DNA of 64,000 nt from Candidatus Latescibacterota bacterium (GTDB taxonomy: Bacteria > Latescibacterota > UBA2968 > GCA-2709665), in assembly GCA_965203805.1 (NCBI GenBank), contig OZ241917.1, positions 160,001 to 224,000 of the forward strand, given 5' to 3'. Shown one piece after another: positions 50,794 to 59,889 of this stretch; positions within the stretch are counted from its first letter, which is position 1; every line of letters starts with the position of its first letter. Under the pieces are notes generated by a model that saw only the letters and a program-made list of their open reading frames with translations, was not told the DNA's origin and did no database searches. A program made the position numbers and the translations under genes.

Positions 50794-51891
50794 ATGAAAA
50801 TGCAGGCATCGGTACTGTTGGAACCCCTCAGGCCCCTGGTCGTGGAGGATCTGGAACTTGAAGGGCCGAAGCAGGACGAAGTCATGGTGCGGATGGTGGC
50901 CAGCGGGGTCTGTCACAGCTGTCTGCACGTGGTGGACGGAGGCTGGAAGGGGTTTCCGATGCCCATGGTGCTCGGCGATGAAGGGGCCGGTGTGGTCGAG
51001 GAGGTGGGGCCCGGCGTGACGAACGTGAAGCCGGGCGATCACGTGATCCTCTCTTGGGCGCCCACCTGCGGGCGCTGCCACTATTGTGTGACCGGGTTGT
51101 CGCACCTTTGCGAACGCGGGGTTCCGTCCAACGGCGTGTTGATGGATGGCACCTCGAGAATGAAACTGAGGGGTGAAACGGTTTACCACTACGGGCCGGC
51201 GTGCAGCTTTTCTTCCTATTCCGTAATGCCGGCGTCGTGCGCGGTGCCCATTCGCCAGGATATGCCGCTCGACGTGGCCGCGCTGATCGGATGTTCTGTA
51301 ATGACGGGCGTGGGTTCGGTGATCAACACCGCCGCGGTGACGCCGGGGGAGAGCATGGCGGTTTTCGGCGCGGGCGGCATCGGCCTGAACGCGGTCCAGG
51401 GCGGAACGCTGGTGCAGGCCCATCCCATCATCGCCGTGGACATCAATCCCGCGAAGCTGGAATACGCGAAGTCGTTCGGCGCCACCCACACGATCAACGC
51501 CGCCGAGGGTGATCCGGTGGAAGCGATCCGCGACATTACGGGACGCGGGGCCGACCATTCGTTCGTGGCCGTGGGAGAGCCGCGGGTGATCAACCAGGCG
51601 TGGGACTGTCTGGCATCCCGGGGACAGTGCGTGCTGATCGGGCTTCCGCCAACCGGATCCACGGTGACCTTCGATACGGGCAATCTCCAGTCGAACGAAC
51701 GCATCATGCGGGGATCCAAATACGGAAGCGCGAGGACGTGGGACGATTTTCCCCGGATGGTCGAGCTCTACCTGGCAGGAAAACTGAAGATAGACGAACT
51801 GGTGACCCGGAAATACGGCGTGGATGAAGCGAACGAGGCGTTCGATGCGCTTACGGCAGGCGAGGTGGCTCGGGGCCTGATCGTCTTCTGA
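50794..51891 (+). CDS. Zn-dependent alcohol dehydrogenase (MDR family)
   Basis: CHS, structural Zn CGRCHYC..C, GCSVMTG, GAGGIG; GGAGG RBS. Confidence 0.92.
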   Translation: MKMQASVLLEPLRPLVVEDLELEGPKQDEVMVRMVASGVCHSCLHVVDGGWKGFPMPMVLGDEGAGVVEEVGPGVTNVKPGDHVILSWAPTCGRCHYCVTGLSHLCERGVPSNGVLMDGTSRMKLRGETVYHYGPACSFSSYSVMPASCAVPIRQDMPLDVAALIGCSVMTGVGSVINTAAVTPGESMAVFGAGGIGLNAVQGGTLVQAHPIIAVDINPAKLEYAKSFGATHTINAAEGDPVEAIRDITGRGADHSFVAVGEPRVINQAWDCLASRGQCVLIGLPPTGSTVTFDTGNLQSNERIMRGSKYGSARTWDDFPRMVELYLAGKLKIDELVTRKYGVDEANEAFDALTAGEVARGLIVF

Positions 51892-51912
51892 CCGCGGACG
51901 AACGGAGTAAGG

Positions 51913-52830
51913 CTATTCGTTCGATCGGTCGTCACGCCAGGACGGCTCGGTCCATGTATTGTGCCAGTTCCATTTCCAGAGCACCCGCTTCGAAGGCAGT
52001 TCCACTTCGTATTCCACCCCAGCCGTGAAGGGCAGCACACGGGTTCTCTTTCCCACGGCCTCCCGAATCCATTCAATGAAAGCGCCCACGTCCGTGACGT
52101 CGGGCGGCCAGGTCCCGTGCGGGATCGGGTCCGACGCGCGGTCGGTGCGGTAGTGGATGGGTATCAGGAACTCCGGCTCGATGGCTTCGATGCATCGGAT
52201 AAGCTTGTCCGTGCGGTCCTCCCCGCCCCATTCCGTGAGGCCCATCTTCATATGGATGAGGTAGGTGACCCGGCCTCGCAGCTTCTCGAGCGCAAGGTAG
52301 GGTTCGGTGAGGTCACCCGTGTGCAGAAACGAGACGCCGAGGTCCCGGACGGTGACGAGGTATCCGCAGTTGGGCAGGTCCGGCCTCTGGTTTTCCCCGC
52401 TTTCGATGATGTCCACGTGAACGGGCCCGAGGTCCAGTTCGAACGGGCCGGGAAAGATGCGGGATTCTCCGCCGACGTGGCTCAGGTGACGGGGGAAGAC
52501 GACCTGCACGATGTTGGGATCCAGGTACTTCGTAATGGGCAGGTCCCGGTCGAACGCGGCGTCTCGGTATTTTTCGTCAACCGGTTGATCGGGATCGCAG
52601 CACCCAGGGCTGACGAAGATTTTCTTGAAGCGATCGCCTCGGCAGAGCCGGCGAAGCGTGCCCGGATGGCAGTGGTCGAAGTGTTCGTGGCTGATGAAGA
52701 TGTAGTCGAAATCGGGCGACGCGCCGGTCAGATGATCGCCAAACAGGTAGGGGTCGAAGGCGAAGTTGACCGCGTCGGTCCGGACCTCGAATCCACCGCA
52801 GCCGGTCCATTTGAGAAAGATCGGATTCAT
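51913..52830 (-). CDS. MBL-fold metallo-hydrolase
   Basis: FDPY, ISHEHFDH, HTGD, IPIHY. Confidence 0.88.
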   Translation of the reverse strand: MNPIFLKWTGCGGFEVRTDAVNFAFDPYLFGDHLTGASPDFDYIFISHEHFDHCHPGTLRRLCRGDRFKKIFVSPGCCDPDQPVDEKYRDAAFDRDLPITKYLDPNIVQVVFPRHLSHVGGESRIFPGPFELDLGPVHVDIIESGENQRPDLPNCGYLVTVRDLGVSFLHTGDLTEPYLALEKLRGRVTYLIHMKMGLTEWGGEDRTDKLIRCIEAIEPEFLIPIHYRTDRASDPIPHGTWPPDVTDVGAFIEWIREAVGKRTRVLPFTAGVEYEVELPSKRVLWKWNWHNTWTEPSWRDDRSNE

Positions 52831-52875
52831 GGGTGACTCGCTTTTGTGATTCGTCTTATTCAAAAAACGGAACTT

Positions 52876-52901
52876 ACATGGATGGACAGGATGGACAGGA
52901 T
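52876..52901 (+). repeat. Short tandem repeat, about 9-nt period, 3 copies
   Basis: ACATGGATGG-ACAGGATGG-ACAGGAT. Confidence 0.6.
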
Positions 52902-53211
52902 AAAAACAAAAGCAGGAAGAATGCTACCTGTCATGGAATTTGCCGTTAAATCCTTCCACACCGGACCGCGCAACACAACACTGACCAACCCGGATTCTTA
53001 ACTGCAGAAACTGCCGCGGTTTTTATACGATAAATTTTTTATAAACAATATTTTATTCAATTAAAAGACCAATGTTTGTGAATCATCCAGGGGGATTGAG
53101 TCACATCTGTCCAGGATCGGTTTCAGACCTTGACGTCATTGCCCTTTTCATCTGCAATAAAGCTGCGAAACTGGTGACCCGATTGCGGTCGTTTCCGCTC
53201 TGGTTTGCACG

Positions 53212-53239
53212 TTCTGTGGCTTTCGTGCTTTTTGTGGCT
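53212..53239 (-). repeat. Short tandem repeat, 9-nt period, 3 copies
   Basis: Plus strand TTCTGTGGC-TTTCGTGCT-TTTTGTGGC. Confidence 0.55.
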
Positions 53240-53371
53240 ATAGTCGTTCGACGATCACAGATGACCGCGTCGTCTCCCCTGTAAAAGCGGACACCTGCCC
53301 GGACAACATATCGATCACGAATCGGAAAGCAAAGCATGGAATGGGGTGCGCCTGTGGCAGGAAGCGGCGAC

Positions 53372-53932
53372 ATGCGTGTTGAGTCGAATCGCGGGACGCC
53401 TTCGGGCCTTCAACCTGCGGGGCCCCAATCCGGTCTCACGATCTCCCTCTTCGTCTACGGCACCCTGAAGCGCGGTTATTCGAACCACGACGGCTACTGT
53501 CGCGGCGTGCTGGCGATTGAGCCGGCGCTGGTCAGGGGATGCATGTATATCAGGCCGGATCGCATTCCGTTTCTCGACGTACCCGACCGGGATATCCTCG
53601 CCATTGGAACCGCCGATCCGCGGTCCGATGCGGCCGCGCAGCGACGCCTTGCACGTGACATTGAGTCTGGAAAATTGGCCGAAAGCCCGCCCGATCCGCA
53701 GGTGAGCGACCGGGGCGTCGTGCGCGGGGAATTGCTCGTATTCGACGATCCTGAAACCCGCCTGCCCGCCATCGACCGCCTGGAAGGCTTCCGCCCCGCC
53801 GGTCGAAGTCTGTACCGCCGGGTGCTCGTGCCGGTACGGGTGAAAGATTCGTTCACAGTCGCCTGGACTTACGCGGTGGAGACGAAACCGCTCGATTGGC
53901 CGAAACTGGGATCCGACTGTTGGGCGGGATGA
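53372..53932 (+). CDS. Gamma-glutamylcyclotransferase (AIG2-like) family protein; start uncertain
   Basis: LFVYGTLKRG..NH, V.GEL, IDRLEG, LYRR. Confidence 0.85.
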   Translation: MRVESNRGTPSGLQPAGPQSGLTISLFVYGTLKRGYSNHDGYCRGVLAIEPALVRGCMYIRPDRIPFLDVPDRDILAIGTADPRSDAAAQRRLARDIESGKLAESPPDPQVSDRGVVRGELLVFDDPETRLPAIDRLEGFRPAGRSLYRRVLVPVRVKDSFTVAWTYAVETKPLDWPKLGSDCWAG

Positions 53933-54155
53933 GGGTACACGCCGCGGAGAAGTCGTTTGACCCTATACGGGGCGTCGACGATGTGTATCAATATAGCAGC
54001 AGAGAATATAAGGGAGAGTTACAATAACGCGAAATTACCAGTAAACTGAGAGTCTCCTCCAAATAGTCCGGCGTATCGGCCCCTCACTTCCGTGCTGTTC
54101 GCGTCCCCGATTCCTGATCCGCACAGGCTGTTGAAATTTCCCCGCCCCCGACCTT

Positions 54156-54207
54156 ATATAACAGTTGTTATATTTCCCTTGACAATCACCCGATCATTGT
54201 TTATATT
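54156..54207 (+). promoter_or_regulatory. Palindromic operator plus sigma70 promoter of the defence operon
   Basis: Perfect ATATAACA-GT-TGTTATAT (54156-54173), 5 nt upstream of TTGACA-17 nt-TATATT (54179-54207). Confidence 0.7.
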
Positions 54208-54241
54208 CCGTGTGCCTATATAGAAAAGACGGGGAGTCTGT

Positions 54242-57200
54242 ATGTCAACCGTTATGTCAAGCAGAATTCCAGACGATTATTACAAGCGTATCAAGAGCGC
54301 GAGAGGCGTCATGGGGCTGACCCAGACCCAGTTCGCAAACTTGATCGGAGTCTCGTTTGCTTCCGTCAATCGATGGGAAAACGGACAGTCTCGCCCGAAT
54401 GGTCTGGCATGGAGGCGCATCGTCGAACTTGAACACGAGTCCATCGCTGCAGTGGACGCAGGTCAGGACCATTCAGAGACGAAACCAACCGCTCCGCCGC
54501 AACTTGATTTCGCGGCCGACCCTCACGCCGTTTCCGTCCTCGCAGAAGCACATCGGCTGGCCTGGGGGCACCTCTTCAACCCCACGTTCGCGACCGAGAC
54601 TTCGTCAATCGATCCACTTCCTCATCAGCGCATCGCGGTATATGAGACAATGTTACAAAAGGCCCCCCTGCGATTCCTTCTCGCAGACGACGCAGGCGCC
54701 GGCAAAACGATCATGACTGGATTGTACGTTCGCGAGATGTTGTCCCGTGGATTGATACGACGCGTCTTGATCGTGCCCCCCGCCGGTCTGGTGGGTAACT
54801 GGGAGCGGGAGATGCGGACGCTGTTTCGGCTTCAGTTCCGGATCATTCACGGTACGGATGCGCAGGCCGGAAATCCATTCACGCTTCCCGAAAGCGACTT
54901 GGTCATCGTGAGCGTCGATACTCTGGCCGGAAAACGCATGTTTACGCATCTGCGAAACCGGGATACGAAGGCTTACGACCTGGTCGTTTTCGACGAAGCT
55001 CACAAGTTGTCTGCTCATCGGGCGCCAGGGTTCCAGGTACGGAAAACGGACCGATACAGACTCGGGGAAGCAATCGCCGGCGCCGAGTCCGGCGACTGCG
55101 ATTGGGCGCTTTCCTGGTCTGCCCAGCACTTGCTACTTCTGACGGCAACTCCCCATATGGGGAAGGACTATCCGTACTACGCGCTATGGCGCCTGCTGCT
55201 TCCGGAGACCCTAACGACCCAGGACGCTTTTGACGAATTCTCTAGTGAGTCCCGTTCCAGACACTTTCTCCGCCGGACGAAGGAGGAGATGGTCCACTTT
55301 GACGGGTCAGCACTGTACCCGCAGAGAAACTGCGATACCCTCAGCTACAGTCTTTCGCAGGGGCCTGGTAGCGAACAGGAACTCTACGATGAGACCACGG
55401 ATTACATTAAGTATTTCTACAACCGTGCGAGGCAGCTGAACCGTTCCGCCGCTCGGTTGGCGATGAGCGTATTCCAGCGGCGGCTGGCAAGTTCGACGTA
55501 CGCATTGATGCGATCCTTCGAGCGGCGGGAAGCGAAACTGGGCGCTTTGATCGAAGCAATACGCAGAGGCAATGTAACCGAGGAACAGCTGGTTCGCCAA
55601 CAGCGGCAGTTGGATGGTCTCGACGACGCATTCGAAACGCGTACCTTTGATGAGGATCCGGATACGGATGATGGACAGGAGCAGGACGAGGCGTACGAAA
55701 GCCAGGCATTAGGCGGCACCGTGGCTGTCAGTCTTGTCGAACTGGAGGATGAACGACGCAGGGTGGTAGGGCTGCTGAGCAGGGCTCGTGATCGACTCGA
55801 AGTGGGCGAGGAATCGAAATTTGAAAGGCTTCGAGAGGTACTTCGGGAACCCAAATACGCAAACGAGAAATTTATCATCTTCACGGAACACCGGGACACC
55901 GCCGTCTTCCTTGTACGTCGACTTGAGGGTCTCGGCTTCACGGGGCGTGTCGCCCTGATTCACGGTGGATTGGCGTATCAAGAGCGAGAGAGACAGGTGG
56001 AATTCTTCCGGCGGCCGGCGACAGAGGGTGGCGCCAGCTACCTCGTTGCGACCGACGCAGCCGGTGAGGGAATAAACCTGCAATTCTGCTGGCTGATGGT
56101 TAATTACGACATACCCTGGAATCCTGCACGGCTCGAACAGCGGATGGGGCGCATTCACCGCTACGGCCAAGTGCACGATCCTGTAATCGTCGTCAATCTC
56201 GTCGCAGGCGGAACGCGAGAAGGGCGGGTCTTGAAAACCCTTCTCGACAAGCTGGAGGCAATGCGGCGACAGCTGCAATCCGACAAGGTATTCGACGTTG
56301 TCGGACGTCTCTTCGCAGATGTATCCATACGGGAATATCTCGAACAGGCGGTCACCCAGAACGCCGAAGCTGCTGCAAGTCGACTGGAGGGCGACCTTAC
56401 GGTGGAGCAGATGGAGGCTCTCGACGATAAAGAACGCTCGATTTATGGCGAAGGGGGTGACGTACGGCGCAGGCTTACCCGTCTCAACAAAGATACAGAT
56501 CAGGAGTCCTTTCGCAGGCTCCTGCCCGGATTCGTTCGCCGTTTCGTGGCCAAGGCCGCGCCTCTGCTCGACCTGCGGGTGGATGGCGATCTGGAACAGT
56601 CCTTCGCACTCGTTCCGGGAAGCGCTCGCGCCGGCAATCTCGTCTTGTCTGCACTCGACACGTACCCCGAAACCGCGCAGGGTCGGCTGACGGTCTACAG
56701 GTCGGCCGGCGGAGAGGAAGCGGTGTGGATGCATCCGGGCGAACCGGTCTTCGACGCCATCTCGGCGTCGATTATAAGCCGGTACGAACGTGAGGGTGTC
56801 CGCGGATCGGTGTTCATCGACCCGGAAGCGTCCGAGCCCTATCTGTTCCATATTGCGAGAATGACGGTAGAAGAGGAAGGTCCGGTCGCCACGCGGTCGC
56901 CTGAATTGCCGGACGAAGATCCTGCCGCGGTATCACGCTCAAGGCTTCTTGATTCCAGACTGATCGGGCTACGTCAATCGAGCGATGGAAACGTCGAGGA
57001 GTCACAGGTGGAACGCATGCTCATATTGCAGGAGGCGGACGGCTTCGCGCCCGGGCGTGAGCCGCTAGCGGCCGCGGCTCTGAGTCTCCTTTCAGATGTC
57101 GCTCGGTTTGCGCGTGAAGACGTACTTGAGTCCCTCCTGGAACAACATCGACAGCGCCGTACCGCCGAACTGTCGGCCCGTATCGACTTTGTCAATCGCG

Positions 57201-57856
57201 GATTCGACTATGAGGCTGCGGAACTCGCATCAGCACGTTCGCGGCTTACCGCGCAGGCTCGAGCGGGCGACAGCAAGGCAAACGCAAGACTTGGCTATGT
57301 TAAGGCACGTCAACGGCTCCAGGCTGCGTGCCGGGCTAGACGCCAGGCCGAACTGACGGGCGAATCAGACATTGCCGGGGCTGGTGAGGTCGAGTTTCTG
57401 GTTCATGCGCTTGTCGTGCCGGCTCAGAACAATGAAGATTCAGACCGTTATGACACGGACATCGAAGCTATCGCAATGGAAGTCGCGATCGACTATGAAA
57501 GGAGTTTCGGCGCTGATGTGAAGGATGTATCCAAACCCAAACTTGCCCGGCGCGTCGGACTCCCCGACTGGCCGGGATTTGACGTACTTTCGGTCCGTGA
57601 CTGCGCGGAGCGTCGCAGGATAGAGGTCAAGGGACGCGCCGGTACCGGAAGCGTAGAGATGAGGGCGAATGAGTGGGCTAACGCCTGCATCCACCGCAAC
57701 GAATACTGGCTCTACGTCGTCTTTGACTGTGCATCACCCCGACCACGCCTCGTAAGGGTGCGTGATCCGTTTACCAAACTGCTCGTCAGTAGACGCGAGA
57801 CTGTAGCCCACACCATCACGCCTGGTGAAATATCGAAGGCAGCCGAGGACCGGTGA
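54242..57856 (+). CDS. XRE-HTH + SNF2-family helicase + C-terminal DUF3883/NOV-like nuclease domain
   Basis: LTQTQFA.LIGVSFASVNRWENG (HTH_3); PLPHQ, LLADDAGAGKT, FDEAH, LTATPH, EGINLQ, WNP.RLEQRMGRIHRYGQ; GFDVLS..IEVKGR..NEW. Confidence 0.9.
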   Translation: MSTVMSSRIPDDYYKRIKSARGVMGLTQTQFANLIGVSFASVNRWENGQSRPNGLAWRRIVELEHESIAAVDAGQDHSETKPTAPPQLDFAADPHAVSVLAEAHRLAWGHLFNPTFATETSSIDPLPHQRIAVYETMLQKAPLRFLLADDAGAGKTIMTGLYVREMLSRGLIRRVLIVPPAGLVGNWEREMRTLFRLQFRIIHGTDAQAGNPFTLPESDLVIVSVDTLAGKRMFTHLRNRDTKAYDLVVFDEAHKLSAHRAPGFQVRKTDRYRLGEAIAGAESGDCDWALSWSAQHLLLLTATPHMGKDYPYYALWRLLLPETLTTQDAFDEFSSESRSRHFLRRTKEEMVHFDGSALYPQRNCDTLSYSLSQGPGSEQELYDETTDYIKYFYNRARQLNRSAARLAMSVFQRRLASSTYALMRSFERREAKLGALIEAIRRGNVTEEQLVRQQRQLDGLDDAFETRTFDEDPDTDDGQEQDEAYESQALGGTVAVSLVELEDERRRVVGLLSRARDRLEVGEESKFERLREVLREPKYANEKFIIFTEHRDTAVFLVRRLEGLGFTGRVALIHGGLAYQERERQVEFFRRPATEGGASYLVATDAAGEGINLQFCWLMVNYDIPWNPARLEQRMGRIHRYGQVHDPVIVVNLVAGGTREGRVLKTLLDKLEAMRRQLQSDKVFDVVGRLFADVSIREYLEQAVTQNAEAAASRLEGDLTVEQMEALDDKERSIYGEGGDVRRRLTRLNKDTDQESFRRLLPGFVRRFVAKAAPLLDLRVDGDLEQSFALVPGSARAGNLVLSALDTYPETAQGRLTVYRSAGGEEAVWMHPGEPVFDAISASIISRYEREGVRGSVFIDPEASEPYLFHIARMTVEEEGPVATRSPELPDEDPAAVSRSRLLDSRLIGLRQSSDGNVEESQVERMLILQEADGFAPGREPLAAAALSLLSDVARFAREDVLESLLEQHRQRRTAELSARIDFVNRGFDYEAAELASARSRLTAQARAGDSKANARLGYVKARQRLQAACRARRQAELTGESDIAGAGEVEFLVHALVVPAQNNEDSDRYDTDIEAIAMEVAIDYERSFGADVKDVSKPKLARRVGLPDWPGFDVLSVRDCAERRRIEVKGRAGTGSVEMRANEWANACIHRNEYWLYVVFDCASPRPRLVRVRDPFTKLLVSRRETVAHTITPGEISKAAEDR

Positions 57857-57881
57857 ACCGATACGTATACAATCCTCGCCG

Positions 57882-59498
57882 ATGAGGAGTCTCAACGTGA
57901 TCACAAAAGCCATGCGGTTCTTCAACACGGCTGGTCCCATCGATACCGAGATGCACTACCATATCCCGCCCCTTGCGCGGCTGGACGCGGAGGACCTCAT
58001 GCTGCTCATCCGGCAGCAGAAGTACTTCGTCCTGCACGCGCCGCGGCAGACCGGCAAGACATCGGCATTGTTCGCCTTGAGGGACCAGCTCAACACCAGC
58101 GGCGAGTTTCGCTGCGTCTACGTAAACGTCGAGGTCGGCCAGTCAGCGCGAGAGGACGTGGCCGCCGCGATGCGGGCCATACTCGGTCAGATGGCTTCGG
58201 AGGCGGAGTACGTTTTGAGCGACTCGACTCTTGCGAAACTAAGCCTCGACACATTCGAGGCGTTCGGCCCGCACCAGGCGCTCCGAGGGACATTGGCGCG
58301 CTGGGCCGAGTCGGACGCCAGGCCACTGGTGCTCATGCTCGACGAGATCGACGCGCTGATCGGCGACACCCTGCTGGCAGTGCTGCGGCAACTGCGTGCC
58401 GGCTATCCGGAACGCCCGCGCCGCTTTCCGCAGAGTGTGATTCTGTGCGGGGTGCGCGACGTGCGGGACTACCGCATCCGGTCGTCCGTCGAGAACGCCG
58501 TCGTCGCCGGTGGCAGCGCCTTCAACGTCCGCGCCGAGTCCCTGCGGCTGGGTGACTTCACCCGCGCCGACGTCGAGCGCCTGCTGGCGCAGCACACCTC
58601 GGAGACCGGCCAGTCGTTCGCCGGCGAGGCGCGCGCCGCGGTCTGGGAGTTGACGCGGGGGCAGCCGTGGCTGGTCAACGCCCTGGCCTACGAAGCTTGC
58701 TTCAGGAACAGGGCGGGGAGAGACCGTGAGCGTACGATCACTGCCGAAGCCGTCCAGGACGCGCGCGAAGATTTGATCCTGCGCCGCGAGACCCATTTGG
58801 ATCAACTCACCGACAAGCTGCAGGAGGAACGAGTGCGCCGCGTGGTCGAGCCACTGCTGAGCGGCGGCGGTGCCGATCCGGTTGCAGACGATGATCTTCA
58901 GTACGTCCGCGACCTGGGTCTGGTGGGCCAGGGCAAGCCCGTCGCGATTGCCAACCCGATTTACCGCGAAGTGATCCCGCGCGCCCTCACCTATACCACA
59001 CAGGAGATGTCGATCCATCACGACCCGGCCTGGTACGTCGACGCCGATGGGAGCCTGGAGGCGAGTAGACTGCTGGCCGCGTTCCAAGAGTTTTTCCGTG
59101 AACACTCCGAACATTGGGAGGAGCGATTCCAGTACAAGGAGGCCGGACCGCAGTTGCTGCTGCAGGCGTTCCTGCAGCGCATCGTCAACAGCGGGGGACG
59201 TATTGAGCGCGAGTATGGCTTGGGCCGGGGACGCACGGATATGCTGTTGGTGTGGCCGGTGAGCGGGGATACCGGCCGTAAGCAGAAGGTCGTCGTCGAA
59301 TGTAAAATCCTGCGCCGGGGGCTGGAGCGAACGCTGGTCGAGGGATTGGCGCAGACGCGCGCCTACATGGATCGCTGCGCCGCGGCGGAGGGGCATCTCG
59401 TGCTCTTTGACCGGAGCAAGGACAGGTCGTGGGACGACAAGGTGTATCGCCGCGAGGAAACCGAAGGCGGCGCGCGGGTTACGGTGTGGGGAATGTGA
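57882..59498 (+). CDS. AAA-family ATPase with C-terminal PD-(D/E)XK nuclease-like domain (start 57882, 57897 or 57912)
   Basis: FFNTAGP, Walker A APRQTGKT, Walker B LMLDEID, GQPWLVN, EREY..GRGRTD....VVECK. Confidence 0.82.
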   Translation: MRSLNVITKAMRFFNTAGPIDTEMHYHIPPLARLDAEDLMLLIRQQKYFVLHAPRQTGKTSALFALRDQLNTSGEFRCVYVNVEVGQSAREDVAAAMRAILGQMASEAEYVLSDSTLAKLSLDTFEAFGPHQALRGTLARWAESDARPLVLMLDEIDALIGDTLLAVLRQLRAGYPERPRRFPQSVILCGVRDVRDYRIRSSVENAVVAGGSAFNVRAESLRLGDFTRADVERLLAQHTSETGQSFAGEARAAVWELTRGQPWLVNALAYEACFRNRAGRDRERTITAEAVQDAREDLILRRETHLDQLTDKLQEERVRRVVEPLLSGGGADPVADDDLQYVRDLGLVGQGKPVAIANPIYREVIPRALTYTTQEMSIHHDPAWYVDADGSLEASRLLAAFQEFFREHSEHWEERFQYKEAGPQLLLQAFLQRIVNSGGRIEREYGLGRGRTDMLLVWPVSGDTGRKQKVVVECKILRRGLERTLVEGLAQTRAYMDRCAAAEGHLVLFDRSKDRSWDDKVYRREETEGGARVTVWGM

Positions 59499-59889
59499 AC
59501 TGAAAAAGCTGCCGGCCGTGCGGCTAAAGAGGCTGCGAAGGAAAGCGAGATCGGTGCAAGGAGAACGGAACGTACAGCAGCCGCGTTTTCGCAAAGGGAG
59601 GCCACCCGGCGTGGTCATGCGCCAATCACCGACGGCAACGCACGTCTATTTGACGAGTACATTGGAACCGTTTAGTGGGACTGGGGAGTTCTGCACGGTG
59701 GAAGTGGTTGCGTTCGAAATGACGCGCTTCGCCGGAACAAGGCTGCTCAGAGGCAACGGACCGAGAGTGGAAATGGTGGACCGTGGCGCGATGAGGATTA
59801 AGGAGTGGCGCTATAATGGAGCAATCAGGAAACGACACTTGTCCCACAATTGACAGATCGACGGTCCATTTAAATAATAAGAGGGATTG

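Noticed and set aside
53933-54130. Possible att site or tRNA at the island's left edge
   Set aside because: No tRNA fold, no matching direct repeat in the window and no integrase seen.
59499-59675. Open frame after the ATPase stop containing HAPITDGNARL, reminiscent of a Fic motif
   Set aside because: Spacing does not fit HPFxDGNGR, there is no start codon and it is too short; likely chance.
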